Source: PVC group bacterium
GTDB taxonomy: Bacteria; Auribacterota; Erginobacteria; Erginobacterales; Erginobacteraceae
NCBI GenBank assembly: GCA_043804695.1
Contig: JAZDIV010000084.1
Location: 1-53,160 of the forward strand
Reading direction: 5' to 3'
Length of the DNA: 53,160 nt
How positions within the stretch are numbered: the stretch's first letter is position 1; each line of letters begins with the position of its first letter. The notes under the pieces were generated by a model that ran no database searches, was not told the origin of the DNA, and saw only the letters and a list, made by a program, of their open reading frames with translations. The translations under genes were made by a program, and so were the position numbers. Positions 26,188 through 37,527 of the stretch are shown here, one piece after another.

Positions 26188-28412
26188 TCAGGATATCTTT
26201 GAAAAATACCCTTCCCGGCGCGCGGTTCCCGGGTAAGCGGCGCCGGCGGGCGGGGGGCGGAAAGGGGGACCGTCCGCCCGGGAGCGGGGTCTCCGGGAGA
26301 TGGATACTGGGGGCGGCCGTTTTCGCGGCGAGCGTTTTGATCATTTCCTGGCGGGGGATGCCGCTGAGCGTCCCCGTCATCGGCCAGACCTCCGAGCGGG
26401 ATGTGGTGGCGGCGTGCGGCTTCCTTTACCCGGACCAGATCAAGACCGCGCAGGCCCGCGCGGCCGCGGAAGACCGGCAGCCGGTCGCCTATGCCGTCGT
26501 CCCGGCCGTCCCGGAGGAGAAGAGGGAGCGCGTCAAGGATTTTTTCGGCGGCTTATCGGGCGTCGGTCCCGCCGCGCCGATCGGGCTTTTGTTTTCCCCC
26601 CCCCGCCGGATCCTCTCGATTTTCCTGAAGACCGTTCTCTCGCCGGATGATGAAGAAAGACTGCTCCTCCTTCTGGAAAAGTCGTATCGGAACGGAGTCA
26701 TCTCCCCGGATATCAAGCGCACGCTGCTCAACACCCGTCAGGAGCAGGTGGTGCTGGTCGGCCGATCGGCGGGTGCCGCGGAGGAGGTTTTTCTGGCCGC
26801 CATCCCCGCCGTCGACGCCGCCCGGCAGGAAGCGGTCAGGGAGATCGAGGAAAAGTCCCCCTCCCGGCGCCCCTTCCGGGCGGAGCTGGAAGAGCTGGTC
26901 TCTTTCCTGATCCAGCCCGATCTGGAGTTTGATCCGGGCCAGACCGAAGAGCTTCGGGCGGCGGCGCTCCGGAGCGTTCCGGTCGTCATGACCGCGGTCG
27001 AAAAAGGGGACACGATCATCCGGCAGGGGGAGAAGGTGCGGCCGCTTCATGTCCAGAAATTCCGCTCTTATCAGGAAGAGTTCTACCGTCTCCAGCCGCC
27101 GATCGCTCTTTTTTATTATATGTTCGGCACCGGCCTCCTGGTTCTTCTCCTCGCCCTGATCACCGCGTATTTCCTGGACCGCTATCACCGGGCGGTCAGC
27201 CGGAGCGGCTCGCGGCTGCTCATGATCTGCGCCGTGGTGGTGCTGATCCTGGTCTTTGCCCGCGGGCTCCGCCAGGTCGTCTGGATTCTTCCCCCCGGCC
27301 TGATGGAGGGCGTCCGCTTTGTCTCGCCGGTCGCGATCGGGTCCCTGCTCCTCTGTCTCCTGTTCGAGGCGCGGGTGGCGATTTTTTTCCCCCTGATCCT
27401 TTCTTTCCTGACCGCGCTGATTCTGGGGGGGGATCTCGGATATATGCTGGTCGGCGTTATCGGGGGGACCGCGGGCGTCGTCGGCCTGAGCGGCGCCCGC
27501 CGGCGGATCGATCTGTTCCGGGCGGGGGTGGTGGCGGCGGCGGCCGGGGCCCTGACGGTTGTCGCCCTCGGGATCTCCCGGGGGCTGCCGCCGCTGGTGT
27601 TCTTCAGCCAGGGGGCGGGGGCGGCGGCGGCGGGGATCCTCTCCGCTTTTATCGCCCTGGTCGTCCTGGGGCTCTTCGAATGGATTTTCCGGGTCTCATC
27701 CGATATCGAGCTTCTGGAGTTGTCCGACCTCAACCACCCCCTTCTCCGGAGGTTGATGGTCTGCGCCCCCGGGACCTACCATCACAGCCTGATGGTGGCC
27801 ACGCTGGCGGAAGGCGCCGCCGAGGAGGTCGGGGCCAACTCCCTCCTGGCCCGGGCCAGCGCCTACTTTCATGATGTCGGGAAGATCGGCAAGCCGGAGT
27901 ACTTTTCCGAGAATGAAATCTCGGAGACCAGCCGGCACGATGACTTGATCCCGAGCATGAGCAGCCTGATCCTGATCTCCCACGTCAAGGAGGGGGCGGC
28001 CCTGGCCCGCCAGCACAAGCTGGACCGGCGGATTGTCGCCAACATCGAGCAGCATCACGGGACCAGCCGGATCTCTTATTTCTACGACCGGGCCGAGCGG
28101 GCCCGGCAGCCGAATGCCGGCGTTCCGGAAGAAAATTATCGCTATCCCGGCCCGAAGCCGGCCAGCCGCGAAGCGGCGATCATCATGCTCGCCGATGCCG
28201 CCGAGGCGGCGTCGGTATCGCTCGACCGTCCCACCCCCGCCCGGTTGGAAGCCCTGATCAAGAACATCGTCCGGGAGCGGCTGGTGGACGGCCAGTTTGA
28301 TGAATGCCGCCTGACCCTGGCCGACCTGAAGATAATTGAAGAAAGTTTTGTCCGCAGCCTCTCCGCCCGGTATCATACCCGCGTCAAGTATCCGGAGGGG
28401 AACGGGGAATAG
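26184..28412 (+). CDS. 7TM-HD phosphohydrolase (PgpH-like, putative c-di-AMP phosphodiesterase)
   Basis: Extracellular domain, 7 TMs, APGTYHHS, HDVGK, QHHGT, YPGPKP and LAD motifs; conserved position between phoH and ybeY. Confidence 0.9.
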   Translation: MIRISLKNTLPGARFPGKRRRRAGGGKGDRPPGSGVSGRWILGAAVFAASVLIISWRGMPLSVPVIGQTSERDVVAACGFLYPDQIKTAQARAAAEDRQPVAYAVVPAVPEEKRERVKDFFGGLSGVGPAAPIGLLFSPPRRILSIFLKTVLSPDDEERLLLLLEKSYRNGVISPDIKRTLLNTRQEQVVLVGRSAGAAEEVFLAAIPAVDAARQEAVREIEEKSPSRRPFRAELEELVSFLIQPDLEFDPGQTEELRAAALRSVPVVMTAVEKGDTIIRQGEKVRPLHVQKFRSYQEEFYRLQPPIALFYYMFGTGLLVLLLALITAYFLDRYHRAVSRSGSRLLMICAVVVLILVFARGLRQVVWILPPGLMEGVRFVSPVAIGSLLLCLLFEARVAIFFPLILSFLTALILGGDLGYMLVGVIGGTAGVVGLSGARRRIDLFRAGVVAAAAGALTVVALGISRGLPPLVFFSQGAGAAAAGILSAFIALVVLGLFEWIFRVSSDIELLELSDLNHPLLRRLMVCAPGTYHHSLMVATLAEGAAEEVGANSLLARASAYFHDVGKIGKPEYFSENEISETSRHDDLIPSMSSLILISHVKEGAALARQHKLDRRIVANIEQHHGTSRISYFYDRAERARQPNAGVPEENYRYPGPKPASREAAIIMLADAAEAASVSLDRPTPARLEALIKNIVRERLVDGQFDECRLTLADLKIIEESFVRSLSARYHTRVKYPEGNGE

Positions 28413-28470
28413 GGAATAGGGAATAGGGAATGGGGAATAGGGAATGGCGCAATCCAATCCCTACTCCCCA
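28398..28470. repeat. 7-nt periodic repeat (GGGAAYR)x7 with short complementary arm
   Basis: gggaacg gggaata x3 gggaatg gggaata gggaatg ... tccctactcccca; supplies the upstream TAG stop. Confidence 0.9.
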
Positions 28471-28476
28471 AAAACA

Positions 28477-28941
28477 ATGTCCTATACCATCAGAATAATC
28501 AACCGGCAACGCCGTCTTAGCCTTGATCGGGGGGGGGTCGAATCATTGGCCGGGTGGGTTCTCGGTCGGGAAGGCCGCCGGGAGGGGGAGGTCAGCCTGG
28601 TTTTCCTGAACGACGCCGGCATCCGGGAACTGAACCGGCGCTATCTGGGCCGGGATTATCCAACCGATGTTCTCTCCTTTCCCCAGAATGAGGGCCCGGC
28701 TGTTCCGCTCCATCCCTGGTTCCTGGGCGACGTGGTGCTGTCCACCGGGCGGGTGGTCCGCCAGGCCCCGGATCACGGGCAGTCCGCGGAGGACGAGCTC
28801 GCTCTCTGCCTGATTCACGGGGTGCTTCATCTCCTCGGTTACCGGGACCGCCCGGCCGGTTGCCGCCGGAAAATGAGCCGGAGAGAAGAACAGCTTCTCC
28901 GGGCCTGGAAAAGGAAGAAGCGATGGTCCCTCATAAACTGA
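28477..28941 (+). CDS. ybeY: rRNA maturation endonuclease YbeY
   Basis: LN..Y...D.PTDVLSF, LGDV and HGVLHLLGY motifs. Confidence 0.92.
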   Translation: MSYTIRIINRQRRLSLDRGGVESLAGWVLGREGRREGEVSLVFLNDAGIRELNRRYLGRDYPTDVLSFPQNEGPAVPLHPWFLGDVVLSTGRVVRQAPDHGQSAEDELALCLIHGVLHLLGYRDRPAGCRRKMSRREEQLLRAWKRKKRWSLIN

Positions 28942-29630
28942 TCGACAGTTTCAACGCCGCCGTTGAAGGAATCGTCTATGTCCTGAAAACCCAGAGGAAC
29001 ATGAGGATTCACTTCGTCGCCGCGGCCCTGGTCTTGATTTTAAGCATAACCCTGAAGATGGCCGTCTGGGATCTGCTTTTCCTTCTCTCGGCGATCGTCC
29101 TGGTCCTTCTGACGGAGATGGTCAACACCGCGATCGAGCTGACAATCGATCTGATCAAGGACACCTACCACCCCCTGGCCCGGGCGGTCAAGGACGTGGG
29201 GGCGGGAGCGGTTTTCATTGTCTCCCTCTACGCGGTCTGCGTCGGGTATCTGGTCTTCTTTAAAAAGGGATACCTGCTCGGGCCGCTCACGATCTCGCTC
29301 GAGGCGATCCGGGGTTCGGACTGGCATCTCGCCTTCGTCTCCCTGGCCGTGGTCGCCATCCTGACGGTCATCGTCAAGGTCCTTCTCCAGCGGGGAACCC
29401 CCTTCCGGGGAGGCCTTCCCAGCGTGCACGCGGCGGCGTCTTTTTCGATCTTTGCCCTCACGGCCCTGATCCCGGAGACGCCGCCGGTCATCGTGGTTCT
29501 GGTCTTCTGCCTGGCGTTTCTGGTCGCCCAGTCGCGCATTGCCAGCCGGGTTCACAGCATCTCCGAAGTGGTCTTCGGGGCGCTCTGGGGGATGAGCCTG
29601 ACGTACGTCCTCTATAAGCTTTTTACGTAA
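28923..29630 (+). CDS. dgkA: Diacylglycerol/undecaprenol kinase fused to a PAP2-like domain
   Basis: SF..A..G....QRNM.IH, E..NTAIE and KDV.AGAV motifs; C-terminal GG.PS.H and SR....HS motifs. Confidence 0.88.
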   Translation: MVPHKLIDSFNAAVEGIVYVLKTQRNMRIHFVAAALVLILSITLKMAVWDLLFLLSAIVLVLLTEMVNTAIELTIDLIKDTYHPLARAVKDVGAGAVFIVSLYAVCVGYLVFFKKGYLLGPLTISLEAIRGSDWHLAFVSLAVVAILTVIVKVLLQRGTPFRGGLPSVHAAASFSIFALTALIPETPPVIVVLVFCLAFLVAQSRIASRVHSISEVVFGALWGMSLTYVLYKLFT

Positions 29631-29654
29631 TATTTTTTCTTCGAAAAAATAATA

Positions 29655-29830
29655 AAAGTTACGACCGAAGGGAGCTAATTTACTGCTTCGGAATGTCAAT
29701 AATTATTAGCCACCAAGACACCAAGGCACCAAGAAAAGCGGGGAAAGGGCAAAATACTCACCTTATTTGCTTTTTTCTTAGTGTCTTGGTGTCTTAGTGG
29801 CAAAAGTTGCGAGCGCAGCGAGCTAATTTA
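29655..29830. repeat. 8-nt periodic inverted repeat (29709..29801) bracketed by two copies of an AAAGTT...GAGCTAATTTA motif
   Basis: gccaccaagacaccaaggcaccaagaaaa pairs 26/29 with ttttcttagtgtcttggtgtcttagtggc; motif copies at 29655..29682 and 29803..29830. Confidence 0.85.
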
Positions 29831-29843
29831 TAAGGAAGATCAT

Positions 29844-30608
29844 GTGGCCCCGCAGAAAACCAAAGGGATCGTACTGAAGAGTCGTGATTACACGGAGACC
29901 AGCAAGCTGGTCAGCATCCTCTCCCCCGACGGGGGTCTTCTCAGGACCCTGGCCAAGGGGTCCCGCCGCCCGGCCAGTCCCCTGCGCGGCAAGCTGGAAG
30001 TTTTTAACTACGGCGATCTGATCTTTTATCCCAGCCGGACGAGCGACCTGCACATCCTGGCTCAATTCGATGTCATCGAGCACTTTCCGGCCGCCCGCGC
30101 CACGCTGGAGCGGTCGGCACTCTTCCAATATCTTGCCGAGCTGGCCGCTTCCGCCGCCTACGGGGAGGAAAACAGCCGGGAGCTTTTTAAGCTTCTGCTC
30201 CATACTCTTCAAAACGCCGCCGTGATCAACGCTATTCCCCCGTCCCGCCTCTGGTTCGAGATCCGCTATCTGAACCTCCTGGGGGTTCTGCCTCCGTTTG
30301 ACCGTTGTTCCCGGTGCCGAGGAGCGCTGGGGGACGGCGTCCGGTTTTTCCTGCCGGAATTGCACTGGCTCTGCCCCGGTTGCGGACAAAAATACGCCGC
30401 CGCCGTCCTCATCGAACCGGGCGTGATGTCCGCCATCCGGTACATTAACAAAAGCGGTCTTGTTCAGGTGGTGAACCTCAGGCTCTCCGAACGGCAGTCT
30501 TCCATCGCGGACCGGCTTCTCTGTTATCTCGTTGACAGTACGGTGGATAAAAAGTTAAAGTCCAGGCGATTTCTTGACCAGATTAGTAATAAAGTTTTTA
30601 CGGAGTAA
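29844..30608 (+). CDS. recO: DNA repair protein RecO
   Basis: GIVL...DY.E.S, AKG.R and Zn-finger C..C...C..C motifs; lies upstream of glyQ; GTG start after aaggaag. Confidence 0.92.
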   Translation: MAPQKTKGIVLKSRDYTETSKLVSILSPDGGLLRTLAKGSRRPASPLRGKLEVFNYGDLIFYPSRTSDLHILAQFDVIEHFPAARATLERSALFQYLAELAASAAYGEENSRELFKLLLHTLQNAAVINAIPPSRLWFEIRYLNLLGVLPPFDRCSRCRGALGDGVRFFLPELHWLCPGCGQKYAAAVLIEPGVMSAIRYINKSGLVQVVNLRLSERQSSIADRLLCYLVDSTVDKKLKSRRFLDQISNKVFTE

Positions 30609-30618
30609 AAATTTTAAA

Positions 30619-31472
<854 letters not shown>

Positions 31473-31476
<4 letters not shown>

Positions 31477-33572
31477 CGGTGGAAAAGCAAAATTTCCTCC
31501 TTGAGATCGGGACCGAAGAACTCCCCGCCGCGTATATACAGCCGGCCCTGGCTCAACTTCGAAAATGGGGGGAGAAATGGGGTCCCCCCTCCGCGGTTAT
31601 TGTCCGGGGAACCCCCCGGAGATTGTTTTTGTTCATAAAAAATCTTCCCCGGTTTGAAAGCGAGACAGTTTTCGGTCCTCCTCTGGAGCGGGCGAAGGAC
31701 GAGAACGGTGCCTGGAATAAAAATGCGTCCGGTTTTGCCCGCAGCCAGGGGAAAACGGTTGATGATCTGCGGACGGGCATCAAAAACGGGAAAAAATATC
31801 TGAAACTGGAGGTCCGGGTTGACCGGCAACGGGTTTTGCGCGATGAGTCGATCAAACTCCTCAGTTCTCTTGTTTTTCCCAAAACGATGCACTGGGTTCC
31901 CGGCAACACCTTCAGCTTCGCCCGTCCCATCCGCTGGCTGGTTTTTCTATGGGGAACGTCCCTGATGGATGTGCAGGTGGCCGGGATACAGTCCGGCCGA
32001 CAGACCCGCGGCCACCGTTTTTTCGGAGACGACCGTATCCGGCTGTCTTCGGCCGATGAGAAAGCCTACCGGCGCGTGTTACGGAACCAGTATGTACTGG
32101 TGGATCCGGCCGAGAGAAGGAAGAAGCTGGTGTCAGGGCTTCTCAAAAAGCAGGAGAAATTCCGGCCGGGGATCGGGGAGGCCGACCTCGATGCCGAACT
32201 ACTGGACGAAGTCTGCAATCTGGTGGAATATCCCCGGGTAATGGTCGGAGATTTTGACGAGTCTTTTTTAACGATCCCCTCTCAGGTGCTGATCACGGTG
32301 ATGAAGTCACATCAGCGGTATTTCCCGGTCCGTGATGCCGGCGGACGTTTGCTGCCGAAATTTATTGTCGTCGCCGACGGGCCGTTTAAAAAGACCGGTC
32401 CCATCCGGAAGAATAACGAACGGGTTCTGCGGGCCCGTCTTGCCGATGCTGAGTTTTTCTGGAATGAGGATATGAAGCGGTCTCTGGAAGACCGGATTAT
32501 TGATCTGCCGGGGATGGTATTCCACGCCCGACTCGGCAGTTATTTCGAGAAGGCCTGGAGAATCGAGCGCTTGGCACTGTTTATTGCTGAGCAGTTGGGT
32601 TTTTCGAAGAATCAGATTGACGATGTGAGACGAGCTGCACAACTGTGCAAGAGCGATCTCACCACAGCCATGGTGACTGAATTCACTGAACTCCAGGGGA
32701 CAATGGGAATGGAGTATTCCCGGAAGCAGGGAGAGAAGGAGGAAGTCTCCCGGGCCATATACGAGCATTATCTCCCTCGGTCGGCGGAAGATACGCTGCC
32801 GGAAACGAAACCCGGCACAGTTCTGGCACTTGCTGATAAGCTCGATACAGTAGTGGCTTTTCTGAGTATCGGTATCACCCCCTCTGGATCTCAGGATCCC
32901 TATGGTTTGAGGCGTCAGGCTCAAGGCATCATCCGCCTTCTGGGGGAGAAAAAACTTTCTCTCCGTTTCGATATATTGGCAGCAAAAGCCGTCGAAGGGC
33001 TCAAACTGGAAAATTCAAAGGAGAAAGAAGTAACTCAGCAGGTTCTTGATTTTTTTAAGACCAGGCTGGAGGCATATCTGGAAGCTCGCGATGTGCCGTC
33101 CGACGTGGTCCAGGCAGTGCTGACCACAGGGTGGTTCGATATTCAGGATCTCTCCGTTCGGATTAAAATGCTTCAAGACCTTGCGGAGACGAAGATGCTG
33201 CTGGCCGCGGCGACGATCGTTGAGCGGACGGCCAATATCATTCGGCCGGCGAAGCTGTCCGGCGCTGAGGAAGTCAGGGAAGACCTCCTCCGGGAGCGGT
33301 CCGAACGCGATCTGTACCGGGCCTATGGCGGATCGGTCTCCCGGATCGCGCAGCTGATTGACAGTAAAGACTACCGGGAGGCGACCCGGGAGTACGCGGA
33401 AAGCTTCTCCCGGCCGCTGAGCGCCTTTTTCGACCAGGTGATGGTGAACGTGAACGACGAAGATCAGCGGAAAAACCGGATGATCCTTTTAAGCCGGATC
33501 AACCGCGTCTACACGGAGAAAGTGGCGGACCTGGCTCTTCTTCAGTTCGAACGGGGGGAGCATATTGTATAA
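31473..33572 (+). CDS. glyS: Glycine-tRNA ligase beta subunit
   Basis: [38 protein letters not shown] and DPYGLRR motifs. Confidence 0.96.
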
Positions 33573-33781
33573 TGACAAGAACTGAATGACGGATGACGAA
33601 AAAATGACACGAAAGGCAGTAAGCGGTAAACGGTAAGCGGTAAGCGGTAATCAGTGAGCGGTAGCCTGTCCGCTGTTTACTGATCACTGATCACTGATCA
33701 CCGATTACTGATCACCGATTACTGATCACTGATTACTCGGTGTTTTTTTAACCACCGGTTATCAATCACCGTTTACCGTTT
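33570..33781. repeat. Compound periodic repeat: AATGAC-type units then a 7-nt inverted pair
   Basis: agtaagc ggtaaac ggtaagc ggtaagc ggtaatc agtgagc ... tcactga tcactga tcaccga ttactga tcaccga ttactga tcactga. Confidence 0.9.
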
Positions 33782-33793
33782 CGGGAGGCTACC

Positions 33794-36550
33794 ATGACCA
33801 AGTACGTCTATTTTTTTGGAGGAGGGAAAGCGGAGGGGAAGGCGGCGATGAAGTGGCTGCTCGGCGGCAAGGGCGCCAACCTGGCCGAGATGGCAAACAC
33901 CGGCCTGCCGGTCCCGCCCGGGTTCACGATCAGCACCGAAGCCTGTGCCTATTATTCATCCCACCGGCACGCCTACCCGGCGGGGATGCTTTCCCAGGTG
34001 AAAAAAAACCCGGGGCGATTGGAAAAACTGATGGGCAAGAAGCTCGGCGCTCCCCGTGATCCCCTGCTGGTCTCGGTCCGTTCCGGCGCCGCGTCTTCGA
34101 TGCCGGGGATGATGGACACCGTCCTCAATCTCGGGATGAATGACCGTTCGGTCCTGGGGTTCATCGAGAAGACCGGCCACGCGCGGACCGGTTGGGACAG
34201 CTATCGCCGGTTCATCGACATGTTCGGCGATGTCGTCATGGGCCCGTCCACCGGCCTCACCCACGATGACTTCGAGGTTGTGCTCTCCCGGGTCAAGAAG
34301 AAGTATGGCGCCCGGGTCGACACCGACCTCACCGCCGACCAGCTCCGGGAACTGGTCGGCCTCTATGAGAAGGTCTATCAAAAGCGGGTCAGAAAGCCCT
34401 TCCCCCAGGACCCGATGGAACAGCTGACCCTGACCATCAACGCCGTCTTCGGCTCCTGGGATTCCGATCGGGCCGTCAAGTACCGGCAGATCAACAAGAT
34501 CACCGGGCTGAAGGGGACCGCGGTCAATATCCAGGCGATGGTCTTCGGCAACATGGGAGAGACCTCGGGGACCGGGGTCGGCTTCACCCGCAACCCGGCC
34601 ACCGGCGACCGCCGGCCGATGGGCGAATACCTGATCAACGCCCAGGGCGAGGACGTCGTCGCCGGCATCCGCACCCCCTCCGCCATCGCCGAGATGCCGA
34701 AGGAGAAAAATCCGGTCTGGCGGCGGGTCTACCGGGAGTTGATGGCCATCATGAAGAAGCTGGAGGAGCACTACCGCGATGTGCAGGATGTCGAGTTCAC
34801 CGTCCAGGAGGGTAAACTGTTCATGCTCCAGACCCGGACCGGGAAGAGAACCGGTCTGGCCGCGGTCAAGACGGCCTGCGACATGGTGAGGGAGAAGCTG
34901 ATCACCCCCCGCCGGGCGATCAGCCGGATCGAGGGCGACCATCTTGCCCAGCTCCTCTTCCCGATCTTCAATCCGAAGGATGAGGCGGCCGCCCGGAAAA
35001 AGGGGCTGGACCGGGCTTACGGGCTCCCGGCCGGTCCCGGTGCCGCCGCCGGCCGGGTGGTTTTCACGGCCGGGGAGGCGGAGAGGATATGCGGGCTGGA
35101 TCCGTCCGCCCGCCTGGTTCTGGTCCGCCGGGAGACCAGCCCGGAGGACGTGGGAGGGATGTGGGCCGCCCAGGGGGTGCTCACCAGCACCGGCGGGATG
35201 ACCAGCCATGCGGCCGTGGTCGCACGCGGGTGGGGAAAATGCTGCGTGGCCGGGGCGGGCACGGTCACCGTCGATTCCCAAAAGAAGCAGTTCGAGATCG
35301 GCGGCATCCTGGTCAGGGAGGGGCAGTACATCAGCCTGAACGGCTCGACCGGCGCCATCTACTGCGACCATCAAAAGGGGGTCGACATCCCGACCACCGC
35401 CTCCCCCGTGGTCGCCGCCGTTGTGGATGGGGCCGCCTGGGCCCGGAAACACCCCATCTATAAGATGTACCGGCGGATCAGCGGCTGGGCGGACGAGTTC
35501 CGGAAAATGGGGGTGCGGACCAATGCCGACACGCCCCCGGACGCCGCCGCCGCCCGGGCTTTCGGTGCGGAGGGCATCGGCCTCTGCCGGACGGAGCACA
35601 TGTTCTTCGAGAGCGACCGGATCCTGGCCGTCCGCGAGTTTATCCTGGCGGAAGATGAAGAGAGCCGCCGGAAGGCGATCGGGAAGCTGCTCCCCTACCA
35701 GCGTAAGGACTTTGAGGGGATCTTTAAGGCGATGAAGGGCCTCCCGGTCACCATCCGCCTCCTCGATCCTCCCCTCCATGAATTTGTCCCCCACGAGGAA
35801 AAAGAACAGAAGGAGGTGGCCAAAGCCCTGGGCGTCCCCCTGCGGAAGGTCGCGGAGCGCGTCCGGGCCCTCCGCGAGATGAACCCGATGCTCGGCCATC
35901 GCGGCTGCCGGCTCTCCATCTCCTTTCCGGAGCTCTGCCTGATGCAGACCCGGGCGATCATCGAGGCCGCCTGCGCGATGGCGAAGAAAGGGATGACGGT
36001 GCTCCCGGAGATCATGATCCCCCTGGTGGGGACCAGCGAGGAGTTCGATTACCTGGAAGAGATCATCCGGGCCACCGCGGATGAGATCATAAAGCGGAAA
36101 AAAGTAAAAGTCACCTACCTGGTGGGGACGATGATTGAAATCCCCCGGGCCTGCCTGGTGGCCGATGCCATCGCCCGGAAAGCCCAGTTTTTCAGCTTTG
36201 GCACCAATGACCTGACCCAGATGACGTACGGCTACAGCCGGGATGACGCCGGCGTTTTTCTGCCCGATTACCTGGAGAAAAAAATCCTCCCCGGCGATCC
36301 GTTTCAGGCCCTTGACCAGGAAGGGGTCGGCCGGCTGGTCAGGATAGGCATCGAACGCGGCCGTTCGGTGCGGCCGGATCTCAAGGTGGGGATCTGCGGC
36401 GAGCACGGCGGGGAGCCGGGTTCGGTCAAGTTCTGCTACCGGGTGGGGATGAACTATGTCAGCTGCTCCCCCTTCCGGGTGCCGATCGCCCGGCTGGCGG
36501 CGGCCCAGGCGGCGATCGAGGAGGAAGAGCAAAAGAAGGCAAAAAAATGA
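33794..36550 (+). CDS. ppdK: Pyruvate, phosphate dikinase
   Basis: GGKGANL.EM, SVRSGA..SMPGMMDT, GGMTSHAAVVARG, FGTNDLTQ and GICGEHGG motifs. Confidence 0.97.
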   Translation: MTKYVYFFGGGKAEGKAAMKWLLGGKGANLAEMANTGLPVPPGFTISTEACAYYSSHRHAYPAGMLSQVKKNPGRLEKLMGKKLGAPRDPLLVSVRSGAASSMPGMMDTVLNLGMNDRSVLGFIEKTGHARTGWDSYRRFIDMFGDVVMGPSTGLTHDDFEVVLSRVKKKYGARVDTDLTADQLRELVGLYEKVYQKRVRKPFPQDPMEQLTLTINAVFGSWDSDRAVKYRQINKITGLKGTAVNIQAMVFGNMGETSGTGVGFTRNPATGDRRPMGEYLINAQGEDVVAGIRTPSAIAEMPKEKNPVWRRVYRELMAIMKKLEEHYRDVQDVEFTVQEGKLFMLQTRTGKRTGLAAVKTACDMVREKLITPRRAISRIEGDHLAQLLFPIFNPKDEAAARKKGLDRAYGLPAGPGAAAGRVVFTAGEAERICGLDPSARLVLVRRETSPEDVGGMWAAQGVLTSTGGMTSHAAVVARGWGKCCVAGAGTVTVDSQKKQFEIGGILVREGQYISLNGSTGAIYCDHQKGVDIPTTASPVVAAVVDGAAWARKHPIYKMYRRISGWADEFRKMGVRTNADTPPDAAAARAFGAEGIGLCRTEHMFFESDRILAVREFILAEDEESRRKAIGKLLPYQRKDFEGIFKAMKGLPVTIRLLDPPLHEFVPHEEKEQKEVAKALGVPLRKVAERVRALREMNPMLGHRGCRLSISFPELCLMQTRAIIEAACAMAKKGMTVLPEIMIPLVGTSEEFDYLEEIIRATADEIIKRKKVKVTYLVGTMIEIPRACLVADAIARKAQFFSFGTNDLTQMTYGYSRDDAGVFLPDYLEKKILPGDPFQALDQEGVGRLVRIGIERGRSVRPDLKVGICGEHGGEPGSVKFCYRVGMNYVSCSPFRVPIARLAAAQAAIEEEEQKKAKK

Positions 36551-36615
36551 TCGGGCCGCCGGGTCCCGCCGCCGTCGTTGGGCGGCGGGGCCCCGCTGCC
36601 GACCGGGGAGTCAGC

Positions 36616-37500
36616 ATGGCCGACTCGTCCAGCAAGAAAAAAATCTCTCTGTCCGGCGACCGGCAGATCCGGGCCATCCGGATTTACCTCCGGGAAATCG
36701 GCGAGATTTCTCTTCTCAGCCGGGAGGAGGAAAAGTGCCTGGCCGGGGAGCTGGCCCGGGGTGACGAGGAGGCCCGCAAGCAGATGATCCGGGCCAACCT
36801 GCGGCTGGTGGTGAAGATCGCCAAGAAGTACGAACATCTGGGGCTCCCCCTCCTGGACCTGATCGAGGAGGGGAACCTGGGACTGATCAAGGGGGTCGAC
36901 CGGTACGATTTGTCCCGGGGCACCAAGCTCAGCACTTATGCTGCCTGGTGGATCAAGCAGTCGATCATGAGGGCCCTGGCCAACAAGGGAAAGATGATTC
37001 GCATCCCCGTCTACATGCAGGAGAAGGTAAACACCTTCAGGAAGAACGTCAATCGGCTGAGCCAGCAGCTGGGGCGGCATCCCTCCAACGACGAGATCTC
37101 CGAGAAACTGGATTTGACCCTAAGGGAGATCGATCACCTGGAAGAAGTGGCCCGGGTGCCGAGTTCTCTCGACGCCGCCCTCGACCGGAACGGGGCGGGG
37201 AAGCTGGCCGATATGATCGAGGACACCGAAACGGTGGCGCCGGACCGGGCGGTCGACACCGCCGATCTCCACCAGGGGCTGCTCTACCTGATTACGGAGC
37301 TTCCGGAGCGGGAAAAGGCGATCCTGGAGATGCGTTTCGGCCTGGGGGGCAAGGAGGCCCGGACCCTCTCCGCCATCGGAAAGAAGTTCGGCATCAGCCG
37401 GGAGCGGGTCCGCCAGATCATTAACAAGGCTATCCGGAGGCTGCGTCAGATCATCGGGGAGCGTGATCTGGATATGAACGAGTTCAATCGCAACCGTTAA
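36616..37500 (+). CDS. Sigma-70 factor of the RpoD/RpoS type, lacking region 1.1
   Basis: YLREIG, ANLRLVV.IAKKY, DLIEEGN.GL, TYAAWWI.Q and SRERVRQI motifs; ggggag RBS. Confidence 0.9.
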   Translation: MADSSSKKKISLSGDRQIRAIRIYLREIGEISLLSREEEKCLAGELARGDEEARKQMIRANLRLVVKIAKKYEHLGLPLLDLIEEGNLGLIKGVDRYDLSRGTKLSTYAAWWIKQSIMRALANKGKMIRIPVYMQEKVNTFRKNVNRLSQQLGRHPSNDEISEKLDLTLREIDHLEEVARVPSSLDAALDRNGAGKLADMIEDTETVAPDRAVDTADLHQGLLYLITELPEREKAILEMRFGLGGKEARTLSAIGKKFGISRERVRQIINKAIRRLRQIIGERDLDMNEFNRNR

Positions 37501-37527
37501 TACTTCATCGCCGCGCGGGAGGTTTTC

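Noticed and set aside
33956-36532. 858-aa minus-strand ORF (also 47672..50536, 6405..7850, 12468..13445 and similar)
   Set aside because: Antisense shadows of well-supported GC3-rich genes, with no recognisable motifs.
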